Positions 31,135 to 40,920 of a stretch of DNA of 61,066 nt are shown here, one piece after another. The notes beneath the pieces were generated by a model. The model was not told the DNA's origin, did no database searches, and saw nothing but the letters and a program-made list of their open reading frames with translations. The position numbers were made by a program, and so were the translations under genes. The number at the start of each line of letters is the position of its first letter. Position 1 is the first letter of the stretch. Origin of the DNA: Eubacteriales bacterium (GTDB taxonomy: Bacteria > Bacillota > Clostridia > Christensenellales > MB2-83); assembly GCA_018385275.1 (NCBI GenBank), contig JAHAZM010000022.1:1-61066 (forward strand), written 5' to 3'.

Positions 31135-32346
31135 ATGAAAAAATCCACTGCGGCCGTTATTCTTGCGGTAACGGCGGTTATTCTGATCGGATTGACGTTT
31201 GCCGCGTTCGTCGGTTTTCCCGTCGGCATCTACGACGTGAATCCGCTTCAGTCGGTCGTGCAGAAGGGTGCTGAGACCGAGGGCGCTTATGCGGTTCTTT
31301 ACAAAGCGTCCGGTGACGTGACGGAGAGTCAGCTTGACGAGGCCGTCGCCATTTTCGCCGCGCGTCTGAACGCGGCGGGCTACGATACGGCGGCCGCGGC
31401 CCGTTGCGGTGCCGATACGGTCCTCGTGACGTTCCCGCGCGCGGATTACGCCAGTTATTTCCTGCAGTATCTGGGGAACGTGGGCGAGATCACTTTTACC
31501 AATGACAGCGACGAAATCGTGATCCAGGACGGCATGATCGCCAAGGCGGACTACATGGTCAGCAGTGGCGCGCCGTATCTTTATATCACGTTCAACGCGG
31601 AGGGAAAGCAGGCCTTTACGGATGCCACCAGAGCGGCGGCGATCTCGGGCAAGGGCATTTCCATCAAGCTGGACGGGACGACTCTGTCGACCAACAGCGT
31701 CAGCTCCGCTATCACTACGGGGACCTGCGGCATCAGCTTCTACGGCGCAGACGCGGTGAGCGCTATCAGCAAAGTGGGCAAGAAACTGCCGGCAGCCTTT
31801 GCCGTTGATTCGTCCTTTACCATGCGGGCCGCAGCCGGCGCCAACGGCGCGACTCTGCTGGCTTACGGCGGGATCGCCCTGACGGCTCTGGCGCTGATCT
31901 TCTTCATTTTCCGGTACAAATCTTTCAGTATCGCGCCTATTGTCAGCCTGTGGCTGTTCGTGATCCTGACGCTGGTCGTGCTGGCGCTGGATATCGCGGG
32001 CATCGACCTGACCATCGCGACGGCCGCGGCGGTATTGACCGCTTTCGTTCTGTTCGTCATGACGCAGGCGCTGGTTTTTGAGGGCATTTACGGACAGCGG
32101 GCGGTCGGCAAACCCGTGCGCGCCGCTTTCAAGGCCGGTTTCGCGGAGGGCATGGCTCGTGCCAGATATATCAATTACGCGCTTTTTGTGGCGGCCATGG
32201 CGGTCTTTGCTTTCGGTACCGCGGGCTTTAAACAGTTCTCCGTCATGCTGATGATCGGGATCGCGCTGGGCATGCTGCTGACGACAATTGTGACCAGAGG
32301 CATCGGGAACTGCGTCCTTGCTTTCAGAAACAACGTCAGGAAATAA
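31135..32346 (+). CDS. secD: SecD-like protein-export membrane protein (divergent)
   Basis: 403 aa. One TM, a periplasmic domain of about 230 aa, then 5 TM helices. IKLDGTTLS...ITTG... resembles the SecD P1 region. Conserved position upstream of recJ-relA. Confidence 0.6.
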   Translation: MKKSTAAVILAVTAVILIGLTFAAFVGFPVGIYDVNPLQSVVQKGAETEGAYAVLYKASGDVTESQLDEAVAIFAARLNAAGYDTAAAARCGADTVLVTFPRADYASYFLQYLGNVGEITFTNDSDEIVIQDGMIAKADYMVSSGAPYLYITFNAEGKQAFTDATRAAAISGKGISIKLDGTTLSTNSVSSAITTGTCGISFYGADAVSAISKVGKKLPAAFAVDSSFTMRAAAGANGATLLAYGGIALTALALIFFIFRYKSFSIAPIVSLWLFVILTLVVLALDIAGIDLTIATAAAVLTAFVLFVMTQALVFEGIYGQRAVGKPVRAAFKAGFAEGMARARYINYALFVAAMAVFAFGTAGFKQFSVMLMIGIALGMLLTTIVTRGIGNCVLAFRNNVRK

Positions 32347-32359
32347 GGAGGAAACGGGA

Positions 32360-33175
32360 ATGTTCAAGCTGATAAACAATAAAACGGTGCTGTGGATTCT
32401 CGCCGCCGCCGTGATCGTGATCGGATGTGTCATGATCTTCTTCCCGGGCATGAGCGCCGCCGCCGATTACCGGGACGGTTCCGCCGCGGTTCTGACCGTC
32501 GGCGAAGGTTTTGACAGCGAAAAGGTAACGGCCGCGCTTAAAGCGCAGGGCCTGACGATCGAAGAGGTCTCGGAAGCGAACGACAAAGAACTGCTGGTGC
32601 GGTTCCGCCAGACCGGTACGGCTGAAAAAGTCGCCGCCGCCGTCGAAACGCTCAAGGCCGATTATCCCGACGCCGCCGTGAAAAGCGCGGGAGACGTCAA
32701 GGCCGCCAAGGGCGTGGGGAGCGTTTTCTTTGTGCTGATCCCCTGCGCGGTGCTGGCGATCCTCTTTGCCGTCTATATTTTCTTCCTGTATAAAAAATCA
32801 CTCGCTTTCGCGGCGCTGCCGGCGCTGCTGGTCGCTTTCCTGATGAACGCGGCCGCCGCGGTCATCGTGCGCGCTGAAATGAGCGTTTTCGTCTCCTGCG
32901 GATTCCTGGTGACGACGGTGGTAGCCGTCATCGAGGCCATGATCCTTGCGCATACCGTTCGCGCCACGCAGAAATACGACGTCGACGCCGCGCTGTCCGT
33001 TCTGGGCCTGCGCCTGTTCGTGCCCTCGGCGGTGGAGCTGGCGGCCGGTCTGATCTTTGTCATCGTCGGAACGCCCATGCTGCGCGCGTTCGGACTGGTC
33101 CTGCTGACCGGTGCGATCACGGCCGCGTATGCCGTCGGGTATCTGATGAGCGCGACTTATAAAGCGATGAAATAA
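32360..33175 (+). CDS. secF: SecF-like protein-export membrane protein (divergent)
   Basis: Start at the ATG at 32360, after AAGGAGGAAAC. One TM, a loop of about 100 aa, then 5 TM helices. Directly follows the secD-like gene. Confidence 0.55.
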   Translation: MFKLINNKTVLWILAAAVIVIGCVMIFFPGMSAAADYRDGSAAVLTVGEGFDSEKVTAALKAQGLTIEEVSEANDKELLVRFRQTGTAEKVAAAVETLKADYPDAAVKSAGDVKAAKGVGSVFFVLIPCAVLAILFAVYIFFLYKKSLAFAALPALLVAFLMNAAAAVIVRAEMSVFVSCGFLVTTVVAVIEAMILAHTVRATQKYDVDAALSVLGLRLFVPSAVELAAGLIFVIVGTPMLRAFGLVLLTGAITAAYAVGYLMSATYKAMK

Positions 33176-33187
33176 TCCGAAAGAGGA

Positions 33188-33215
33188 GCCGCCGCAGATT
33201 TTCGTCTGCGGCGGC
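33188..33215 (+). terminator. Strong hairpin after the secF-like gene (weak T tract)
   Basis: gccgccgcaga-ttttcg-tctgcggcggc, then gttattta. Confidence 0.45.
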
Positions 33216-33224
33216 GTTATTTAT

Positions 33225-35213
33225 ATGTATACAAAACGAACCGGCCTGACGCCGGATCCCAACGAAATACGCCGTGTGAGCCGCGAACTGGGCCTCGAGC
33301 CGATCGTCGCGGAGATCCTGCTGTCGCGCGGAATGGAGGACGAGGACAGGATCCGGGCTTTTTTGTCGCCCGATCTGACCGCTCCGCTGCCGACGCTGGA
33401 TTGCCCGTCCAAAGAGAGAGCGCTCGCTCGGATCCGCGCCGCTGCGGAAAACGGCGAGAGGATCTGCGTATACGGAGATTATGACGCCGACGGCGTTTGC
33501 GCCACAGCCATCATGATACGTGCGCTGCGGCAGATGAACGCCGACGTTTTCTACTATATTCCGTCGCGCACGCAGGAAGGCTACGGCATGAACGACGCGG
33601 CGGTGGCGGGGATCGCGGCGCGCGGCGCGCGACTGATCGTGACCGTGGACTGCGGCGTTTCTTCCCGCGACGAAATCGCTTTCTGCCGTCGACTGGGCCT
33701 CGACGTCGTGGTGACGGATCATCATTTGCCTCAGGAGGGGCGCGTGCCCGATGCCGTCGTCGTCGATCCGCATCTGGACGGCGAAACGAGCCGCAATCTT
33801 TGCGGGGCGGGGGTAGCGTATATGCTGGCGCGCGAGCTGGTCGGAGAAAACGACGAGGCGTGCATATTGGCCGGAATCGCGACCCTGGCCGATAGTATGC
33901 CGATCGACGGGCTGAACCGTTCGCTGATCGCGCGGGCCGCGTCCATGATCGGGCGGCGCGGTCCGGCGGGTCTGAGGGCGCTGCTGGAGGTGGCCGGGGT
34001 CGATCCTGAAAATGCGGCGGTCGAGACGCTGGCTTATACGGTCGTGCCGCGCATCAACGCCGCGGGGCGTCTCGGCGACGCTTCGGTGGCGGTGGAGATG
34101 CTGATCGGAGACAGCGGGGACGCGGCCGTTCGCCTGGATCGGCTGAACGCCGAGCGTCAGCGGCTTTGCGCCGAGATCGCGGAACAGGCCGATACCATGC
34201 TGAAAGCCGGGCCGTTGCCGGGCGTGATCGTGCTGGCAGGCGAAAAGTGGAATCATGCCGTCGTGGGGATCGTGGCCTCGCGATTGGTCGAAAAATACAA
34301 CCGTCCCGCGCTCCTCCTGGGCGCGGAAAACGACGAGGGGATCCGCACCGGCTCGGGGCGCAGCGTGGAGGGCTTTGATCTGTTCGGCGCGCTGAACGCC
34401 TGTAAAGACCTGCTGACCCGTTTCGGCGGTCACGTTATGGCGGCGGGTTTTTCACTGCGGAGCGAAAACGTGCCCGAACTGGCGCGGCGGCTCAACGAGA
34501 TCTTTGATTCGCTGCCCGATCGGGAGAACCTGCTTTGCCGTAAAGAAAAATATGACTGCGATCTGCCGCTTTCGGCGTTCAATCTGTCCCTGGCAGAACA
34601 GTTGGCGCGCTTTGAACCGTGCGGAGAGGGAAACGAACCCCCGGTGCTTCGGCTGAACGCGTGCCGGATCGTTTCTTGGAAGCCGGTCGGGAAAGGAGGC
34701 GAACACGTCCGCGTCACGCTTTCCCAGGGCGGGACGACGGCGACGGCGGTGGCGTTTCGCGCCGCGGCGGATTTTGCCGCGGCAGGCAGACCGCTGCTGC
34801 TCGACGCGCTGGTTTCGGTGAGCGTTAATACTTATCAGGGACGCAAGAGCCCCTCGATGCGGCTGATTTCTTATCGATTGTGGAACGCGGCTGAACTGCT
34901 GGGCGCGTATGAGGAGGCCACGGACAGGCGGGAAAGGCCGGACGTCCGGCTTTCGCGCGACGATCTGGCCGCGAGATGGAGAGAACTCCGCGCCGCCGGC
35001 ACCGTCAGTTTCGAACGCTACTGCGCCGTTCACGAAAAAAACGCGGCGGCGATCGCGGTTTTTCGCGAACTCGGCTTGCTTAAAATCGACACGGATGGTA
35101 TAATAATTCTTATGCCGAAAGAAAAGGGCGGCGCGGATCTGAACGACAGCGCGCTTTTTAGACAGATCAAGGAACGGACGGAGTTTACCGATACCGGAAA
35201 AGACGATGAATGA
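33225..35213 (+). CDS. recJ: Single-stranded-DNA-specific exonuclease RecJ
   Basis: 662 aa. DHH-family motifs YGDYDADGVCA, VTVDCG and VVTDHH. Confidence 0.93.
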   Translation: MYTKRTGLTPDPNEIRRVSRELGLEPIVAEILLSRGMEDEDRIRAFLSPDLTAPLPTLDCPSKERALARIRAAAENGERICVYGDYDADGVCATAIMIRALRQMNADVFYYIPSRTQEGYGMNDAAVAGIAARGARLIVTVDCGVSSRDEIAFCRRLGLDVVVTDHHLPQEGRVPDAVVVDPHLDGETSRNLCGAGVAYMLARELVGENDEACILAGIATLADSMPIDGLNRSLIARAASMIGRRGPAGLRALLEVAGVDPENAAVETLAYTVVPRINAAGRLGDASVAVEMLIGDSGDAAVRLDRLNAERQRLCAEIAEQADTMLKAGPLPGVIVLAGEKWNHAVVGIVASRLVEKYNRPALLLGAENDEGIRTGSGRSVEGFDLFGALNACKDLLTRFGGHVMAAGFSLRSENVPELARRLNEIFDSLPDRENLLCRKEKYDCDLPLSAFNLSLAEQLARFEPCGEGNEPPVLRLNACRIVSWKPVGKGGEHVRVTLSQGGTTATAVAFRAAADFAAAGRPLLLDALVSVSVNTYQGRKSPSMRLISYRLWNAAELLGAYEEATDRRERPDVRLSRDDLAARWRELRAAGTVSFERYCAVHEKNAAAIAVFRELGLLKIDTDGIIILMPKEKGGADLNDSALFRQIKERTEFTDTGKDDE

Positions 35214-37365
35214 GGAATTTCTGAAAAAACTGAACGAGTGCTTCAGCGGAGACCAGCGGGACATGATCCTGCGGGCTTATGATTTTGCCGCCAAAGCGCA
35301 TGCCGGACAGAAAAGAGACTCCGGAGAGGAGTATATCATCCATCCGCTGGGCGTGGCCGTGATCCTGATGGAGCTGGGAATGGACGCCGACACCGTGGCG
35401 GCGGGTCTGCTGCACGACGTCATCGAGGATACGCCCTGCACCTATGAAGACATAAAAGAGGCGTTCGGCGTCTCGATCGCGGATCTGGTCGACGGCGTGA
35501 CGCGATTGCTGCAGTTCAATTTTTCTTCGAAAGAAGAGGAAAAAGCGGAAAGCCTGCGCAAGATGTTTTTCGCCATGGCCAAGGATATCCGCGTCATCGT
35601 TATCAAACTGGCCGACCGTCTGCACAATATGCGCACGCTGGCGTACCGCGACCCGGTCAAGCAAAAGAGCAAGGCGCGCGAAACGCTGGACATCTATGCG
35701 CCTCTGGCCAACCGGCTCGGTATTTTCAATATCAAATGGGAACTGGAAGACCTGGCGCTGATGTACCTCGAGCCCGAGGCGTACCGCGAGCTAAAGGAAA
35801 AGGTCGCCATGAAACGCGACGAGCGCGAGGCTTACATCAAGACCGTCATCGACGCGATCCGCGCCAAAATGGACGAGGTCGGCATTGAGTGCGAGATCAG
35901 CGGCCGGCCGAAGCATTTCTACAGCATCTACAAAAAAATGAAGTATCAGAACAAGTCCTTCGATCTGATCTTCGACCTGATCGCGGTGCGAGTCATCGTC
36001 AAAACCGTCAAGGATTGCTACGCGGTGCTGGGCATCGTTCATACGATGTGGAAGCCGATTCCGGGCCGCTTCAAGGATTATATCGCCATGCCCAAGCCGA
36101 ACATGTATCAGTCGCTGCATACGACGGTTATCGGCCCGAACGGCAGCCCTTTCGAGATCCAGATCCGAACGGAAGAAATGCACCAGACGGCGGAATTCGG
36201 CATCGCGGCCCACTGGAAATACAAAGAAGGACGCAACGTCGACACGGAGTTCGGCGAAAAACTGAATTGGGTCCGGCAGGTAGTCGAGTGGCAGAGCGAT
36301 AAGGATTCCAAAGAATTCATGGACACGCTGAAGATCGATCTGTTCAGCGACGAGGTCTTCGTCTTTACGCCCAAGGGCGACGTAGTCGATCTGCCGATGG
36401 GCGCCACTCCTCTGGATTACGCGTATCATATCCATTCCGCGATCGGGAACAAATGCGTCGGGGCCAAGGTCAATAAGAAAATGGTCCCCCTGGACTACAC
36501 GCTCAAGACCGGCGATATCGTCGAGATCGTCACCAGCGCCGCGTCCCACGGCCCTAGTCGCGACTGGCTCAATATCGTCAAGAGTTCCGAGGCGCGCAGC
36601 AAAATCCGCAGCTGGTTTAAAAAGGAGCTGAAGGAAGAGAATATCGTCAAAGGCAAGGATATTCTTGAGAAAGAAGCCAAGCGGCTCGGCTATCCGCTGT
36701 CGTCTCTGATGAAGAGCGAGTGGCTGGCGCCTTTGATGAAAAAATATACCTTGAACACGGTGCAGGATCTGTACGCCAGCATCGGCTACGGCGGTCTGGG
36801 CGTCAATCAGGTGCTACCGCGCCTGGTCGAGTCGTACCGACTGGAGATCGCGCGGGAGGAGGCGGCGCAGGAGAAACTTTCTGAGACCACGCAGAAAGCC
36901 GAAACGCCGGCGGCCCGGCACGGCGCCGACAGCAGCGGCGTCATCGTCAAGGGAGAGGAAAACATGCTCGTCCGGTTTGCGCACTGCTGCAATCCGGTCC
37001 CGGGCGATCCGATCATCGGGTATATCACCCGCGGCCGCGGCGTATCCGTGCATCGCGCGGATTGCCCGAATATCCATGATCTCGAGGCGGAACGCGCCAT
37101 TGAGGTCGCGTGGAGCGAAAATCAACCGGAGATCACCTACAACGCCGATCTGCAGATCGTGGCGTATGACCGGGGAGGACTGTTCGCCAAGATCTCGGCG
37201 CTGATCGCGGAGAAAAAGATTCACATCAGCGCCATCAACGCCCGCAGCAAGGACGATATGGCCATCCTGAACCTGTCTCTTTGTGTCAGTTCGGCCGAGC
37301 AGCTCAGTTCCATCATGAAGGCGCTGCTTAAGCTCGGAGACGTGCTGGAGGTTTACAGAGTATAA
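35206..37365 (+). CDS. relA: Bifunctional (p)ppGpp synthetase/hydrolase (RSH, Rel/SpoT)
   Basis: 719 aa. HD hydrolase domain (HPLGVAVIL...HDVIEDT), synthetase region (YIAMPKPNMYQSLHTTV), then TGS and ACT regions. Confidence 0.96.
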   Translation: MNEEFLKKLNECFSGDQRDMILRAYDFAAKAHAGQKRDSGEEYIIHPLGVAVILMELGMDADTVAAGLLHDVIEDTPCTYEDIKEAFGVSIADLVDGVTRLLQFNFSSKEEEKAESLRKMFFAMAKDIRVIVIKLADRLHNMRTLAYRDPVKQKSKARETLDIYAPLANRLGIFNIKWELEDLALMYLEPEAYRELKEKVAMKRDEREAYIKTVIDAIRAKMDEVGIECEISGRPKHFYSIYKKMKYQNKSFDLIFDLIAVRVIVKTVKDCYAVLGIVHTMWKPIPGRFKDYIAMPKPNMYQSLHTTVIGPNGSPFEIQIRTEEMHQTAEFGIAAHWKYKEGRNVDTEFGEKLNWVRQVVEWQSDKDSKEFMDTLKIDLFSDEVFVFTPKGDVVDLPMGATPLDYAYHIHSAIGNKCVGAKVNKKMVPLDYTLKTGDIVEIVTSAASHGPSRDWLNIVKSSEARSKIRSWFKKELKEENIVKGKDILEKEAKRLGYPLSSLMKSEWLAPLMKKYTLNTVQDLYASIGYGGLGVNQVLPRLVESYRLEIAREEAAQEKLSETTQKAETPAARHGADSSGVIVKGEENMLVRFAHCCNPVPGDPIIGYITRGRGVSVHRADCPNIHDLEAERAIEVAWSENQPEITYNADLQIVAYDRGGLFAKISALIAEKKIHISAINARSKDDMAILNLSLCVSSAEQLSSIMKALLKLGDVLEVYRV

Positions 37366-37366
37366 A

Positions 37367-37972
37367 ATGGAAATTTATTCGCGGGTTTGTACGCCGCTCA
37401 AAGAAAACAGCTATATCCTGATCGAAGGAGGGGACGCCGTTTTTGTCGACCCGAGCGGGAGAGCGGATTATCTGCTCGAAATCGCCCGGCAACGGGGCGC
37501 GACGCCGAGGGCGATCCTGCTGACGCACGGACACTTTGACCATATCATGGCTGTGGACGGGATCCTGGAGAAATTCAAGGTTCCGGTCTGCGTCCATAAA
37601 GCGGACGCTGCGGCGCTCGCTTCGCCGGAAAGCCGCGTGATTTATTTTTTCCGTCGGCAGAACCGTTTTGTTCCGGATACGCTGCTCGACGGCGGGGAAA
37701 GCCTGATTTTCGGGTCGATGCGCTTTGAAGTCATCCATACGCCGGGACACAGCAAAGGCGGCGTTTGTTATTATACGGGAGGCCGTCTTTTTTCCGGCGA
37801 CACGTTGCTCAAAGGCACTGTGGGACGGTGGGACTTTGAGTACGGCTGCCGCGCCGAACTGGTAAAGAGTTTTGAAAAACTGATGCTCCTTCCGCCGGAG
37901 ACGGTGGTTTATCCGGGGCATTATGACAAGACCACCATCGGCGAATGTCTGAAAATGAGGAATACGTTCTGA
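37367..37972 (+). CDS. MBL-fold metallo-hydrolase (glyoxalase II-like)
   Basis: 201 aa. THGHFDH motif, then HTPGHSKG. Confidence 0.85.
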   Translation: MEIYSRVCTPLKENSYILIEGGDAVFVDPSGRADYLLEIARQRGATPRAILLTHGHFDHIMAVDGILEKFKVPVCVHKADAAALASPESRVIYFFRRQNRFVPDTLLDGGESLIFGSMRFEVIHTPGHSKGGVCYYTGGRLFSGDTLLKGTVGRWDFEYGCRAELVKSFEKLMLLPPETVVYPGHYDKTTIGECLKMRNTF

Positions 37973-39414
37973 TGCGCTTTCTGCTTAAAACCGATTGCTT
38001 GGGTTTTCGCTCCGACATTTGCGACGTGGTCCGTTTGTTCTATCCGGACGCGGAAATCACGCTCGAAGACCCTTATGATTTCATAATTGAACATATATGC
38101 ATATATGAAAACGGAACACAGACCGATACCTGGACGCTGTCGGAGGACGGCGTCGGCGTTCTGCGTCGGAACACGCGCGTCAGCCGCGGCGTGGAGGGCG
38201 ACGCGCTCACGGTCAAGCGCCTGCGCAAGAGAGCGGTCAAAATGGCGCTTTACGAACTGCTGAAAGCCCATACCGGTCGGCGTCTGCCGTGGGGTTCCCT
38301 GACGGGGATCCGTCCGACGGCGGTGGCCTATGAATTGATGGAGCACGGGGGACAGATCGAGGATCTGACCCGTATTTTTGACGTGTCCGAGGAAAAAACG
38401 GAGATCGTGCGCCGGATCCTGCGTCTTCAGCGCGGGCTGGTCGAGTATGAAGACGACGCGCTCGACGTCTATATCGGGATCCCGTTCTGCCGGACGAGAT
38501 GCAGTTATTGCTCGTTCGCGGCCGTCGAGATCGGCCGCTATGCCGCCTGCGCATCTCCATATATGGACGCGCTGGAAAAGGAGATGCGCTTCACAGCGAC
38601 ATTGGCCGCCGAACTGCGAAAAAGGATCCGAGCCGTTTATATCGGCGGGGGCACGCCGACCGCGCTGGACGAACCGCTCTTTGACCGGTTGATGAAACTG
38701 ACGGCGGAGCTGTTCGTTTCGGACGGCGTCGAGTTTACCGTGGAAGCAGGACGCCCGGATACGATCACGGCGGGTAAACTGACAAGTATGCGCGCCGCCG
38801 GCGTGGGCCGCGTGAGTATCAATCCGCAGACGATGAACGACGCGACGCTGGCGCGGGTAGGAAGGGCGCATACCGCCGAGGATATTTGCCGTTGCTTCGT
38901 CGCGGCGAGAGAACTCTTTCCCGTCATCAACATGGACCTGATCGCGGGACTGCCGGGTGAGAACGCCGGAGATTTTGCCGCGACGTTGAAGGCGGTCGGC
39001 GAGCTGGCGCCGGATAATCTGACCGTGCATACGCTGGCGCTGAAAAAGGGCTCGGCCCTGCGGCAGAGAGAGGAAGCTTATCCGCCGGCGGACGAAGTGG
39101 AGCGCATGTTGGCGCTGGCGGCAGACTTTACCGTCGAAAACGGCTATGAGCCGTATTATCTGTATCGCCAGAAATACATGACGGGGAATTTCGAAAACGT
39201 CGGCTATACGCGGCCGGGCGCCGTGTGCCGTTATAACATCGACATCATGGAGGAGACGACGAGCATCGCGGCGCTCGGCGCCGGCGCCATCAGCAAACGC
39301 GTGTATCCGACCGGCGGCCGCATCGAGCGCTCGCCCGATCTGCGGGACGTGCGTCTCTATATCGACGGCGTGGACGAAATGAACGAGCGAAAAAGGAGAT
39401 TGTTTACCGACTGA
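37972..39414 (+). CDS. HemN/HemZ-family radical SAM protein (oxygen-independent coproporphyrinogen-III oxidase-like)
   Basis: IGIPFCRTRCSYCSF (CxxxCxxC). The ATG at 37972 overlaps the upstream stop (TGATG). An alternative in-frame ATG lies at 37945. Confidence 0.8.
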   Translation: MRFLLKTDCLGFRSDICDVVRLFYPDAEITLEDPYDFIIEHICIYENGTQTDTWTLSEDGVGVLRRNTRVSRGVEGDALTVKRLRKRAVKMALYELLKAHTGRRLPWGSLTGIRPTAVAYELMEHGGQIEDLTRIFDVSEEKTEIVRRILRLQRGLVEYEDDALDVYIGIPFCRTRCSYCSFAAVEIGRYAACASPYMDALEKEMRFTATLAAELRKRIRAVYIGGGTPTALDEPLFDRLMKLTAELFVSDGVEFTVEAGRPDTITAGKLTSMRAAGVGRVSINPQTMNDATLARVGRAHTAEDICRCFVAARELFPVINMDLIAGLPGENAGDFAATLKAVGELAPDNLTVHTLALKKGSALRQREEAYPPADEVERMLALAADFTVENGYEPYYLYRQKYMTGNFENVGYTRPGAVCRYNIDIMEETTSIAALGAGAISKRVYPTGGRIERSPDLRDVRLYIDGVDEMNERKRRLFTD

Positions 39415-39415
39415 G

Positions 39416-39440
39416 ACGACCGGACTTTCCGGTCGTTTTC
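39416..39440 (+). terminator. Rho-independent terminator
   Basis: acgaccgga-ctt-tccggtcgt followed by tttt. Confidence 0.75.
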
Positions 39441-39509
39441 GTTGATCGGCGCCGATTCCCGCCGCCCGTGTCGAAAACGGCACGCTCCTTGTTCACGCGC
39501 GATTTCTCG

Positions 39510-39538
39510 TTGACAATACCTTGTTTCTGTATTAAATT
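39510..39538 (+). promoter_or_regulatory. Promoter of the hisS-aspS operon
   Basis: TTGACA-17 nt-TAAATT. Confidence 0.6.
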
Positions 39539-39544
39539 ATATTT

Positions 39545-39640
39545 ATCAGAGAAGCGATGAGAGAAACGATGGCATTTTCCGCGCAAGCGGTCGCCGCGTG
39601 TCTTATTCCGTCCCCTGCGCTTGCTTGGGACGATTTTTTT
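39545..39640 (+). promoter_or_regulatory. Structured 5' leader with a terminator-like hairpin (class unknown; not a recognisable T-box)
   Basis: CGTCCC (39609-14) pairs with GGGACG (39627-32), followed by ATTTTTTT. GCAAGCG (39583-89) is complementary to CGCTTGC (39618-24) in the hairpin loop. Confidence 0.4.
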
Positions 39641-39651
39641 AAGGAGCGGTT

Positions 39652-40920
39652 ATGCTGACCAAATGTCCAAAAGGTACCAAGGATGTAACGCCGCAGCAGA
39701 GCTATAAGTGGCATTACGTCGAGAATATGATCCGCGATATTACGGCTCGCTATGGCTACCGCGAAGTACGCACGCCGGTTTTTGAGCATACGGAGCTTTT
39801 TGCGCGCGGGATCGGAGATACGACCGACGTGGTGCAGAAAGAGATGTATACCTTTCTCGACAAGGGCGGCCGCAGCGTTACTCTGAAGCCGGAGGGGACC
39901 GCCGGAGCGGCCCGCGCTTACATTGAAAACAATCTGAGCAACGAGCCCCGTCCCGCCAAGATGTATTATTTCACGCCGGTTTTCCGGTATGAGAATCCCC
40001 AGTCGGGCAGACTGCGCGAGCATCATCAGTTCGGCGTGGAGGTCTTCGGCGCCGGCGAGCCGAGCATCGACGCCGAGATCGTGGCGCTGGCGTCGGAGGT
40101 TTTCGATAAACTCGGGATCCGGGGCGTGCGTCTCAATATCAACAGCATCGGATGCCCGACCTGCCGCGCGCGCTACAACGAAGCGCTCCGCGCCTATCTC
40201 GAACCTAAAAAGGAAGCGTTGTGCGAACTGTGCCGCGGACGGGCCGAAAAGAACCCGATGCGCGTCATCGACTGCAAAAATCAGCGCTGCCAGGAGCAGA
40301 TCCGGGACATTCCCCTGATGCTGGATTATCTGTGCGACGATTGCAAAGCGCATTTTGCGGCTTTCCGCAGCCACCTCGACGCGCTGGGCATTGCCTATAC
40401 GGTCAACGGCCGGATCGTGCGGGGATTGGATTATTACACCAAAACGGTCGTGGAATTCATCGCCGACGTCGGAGACGGCGAACTGACCGTATGCGGCGGC
40501 GGACGCTACGACGGACTGATCGCACAGTTGGGCGGAGAGGCGACCTGCGGTATCGGTTTCGGCATGGGGATCGAACGGCTCCTTATGGTCATGGAGAAGT
40601 GCGGCGTCGTCATTCCCGAACCGAGGCTGACGGACGTTTTCATCGCTTCGCTCGGCGAGCGTGCGCAGCGTGAGGGACTTCGGCTCTGCGCGGCTCTGCG
40701 CGCCGCCGGCGTGAAAGCGGACGTGGATCACTGCGGCCGGAGTTTCAAGGGGAAATTCAAGTACGCCGACAAGATCGGCGCGCCCATCGTCTGCGTGATG
40801 GGGGACGACGAGTTGGACGCCGGCGCGGTCAAGCTGCGCCTGATGAAACAGAGCAAGGAGATCACGGTCGCGTTGGACGACGCGATCGACTCGATAAAAG
40901 GAGAATTGGAACATGAGTGA
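39652..40920 (+). CDS. hisS: Histidine--tRNA ligase
   Basis: 422 aa. AAGGAG SD. Class II motifs: YYFTPVFRYENPQSGRLREHHQFGVE and GGGRYDGL. Confidence 0.96.
   Translation: MLTKCPKGTKDVTPQQSYKWHYVENMIRDITARYGYREVRTPVFEHTELFARGIGDTTDVVQKEMYTFLDKGGRSVTLKPEGTAGAARAYIENNLSNEPRPAKMYYFTPVFRYENPQSGRLREHHQFGVEVFGAGEPSIDAEIVALASEVFDKLGIRGVRLNINSIGCPTCRARYNEALRAYLEPKKEALCELCRGRAEKNPMRVIDCKNQRCQEQIRDIPLMLDYLCDDCKAHFAAFRSHLDALGIAYTVNGRIVRGLDYYTKTVVEFIADVGDGELTVCGGGRYDGLIAQLGGEATCGIGFGMGIERLLMVMEKCGVVIPEPRLTDVFIASLGERAQREGLRLCAALRAAGVKADVDHCGRSFKGKFKYADKIGAPIVCVMGDDELDAGAVKLRLMKQSKEITVALDDAIDSIKGELEHE

Noticed and set aside
39545-39640. A T-box riboswitch upstream of hisS, as expected from Bacillus synteny.
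   Set aside because: The leader is only about 105 nt. It lacks a full Stem I, lacks the conserved T-box 14-mer, and has no antiterminator bulge upstream of the terminator. It is kept only as an unclassified leader. A 33-codon uORF (MRETMAFSAQ...) contains no His codons, so classic histidine attenuation is also unlikely.
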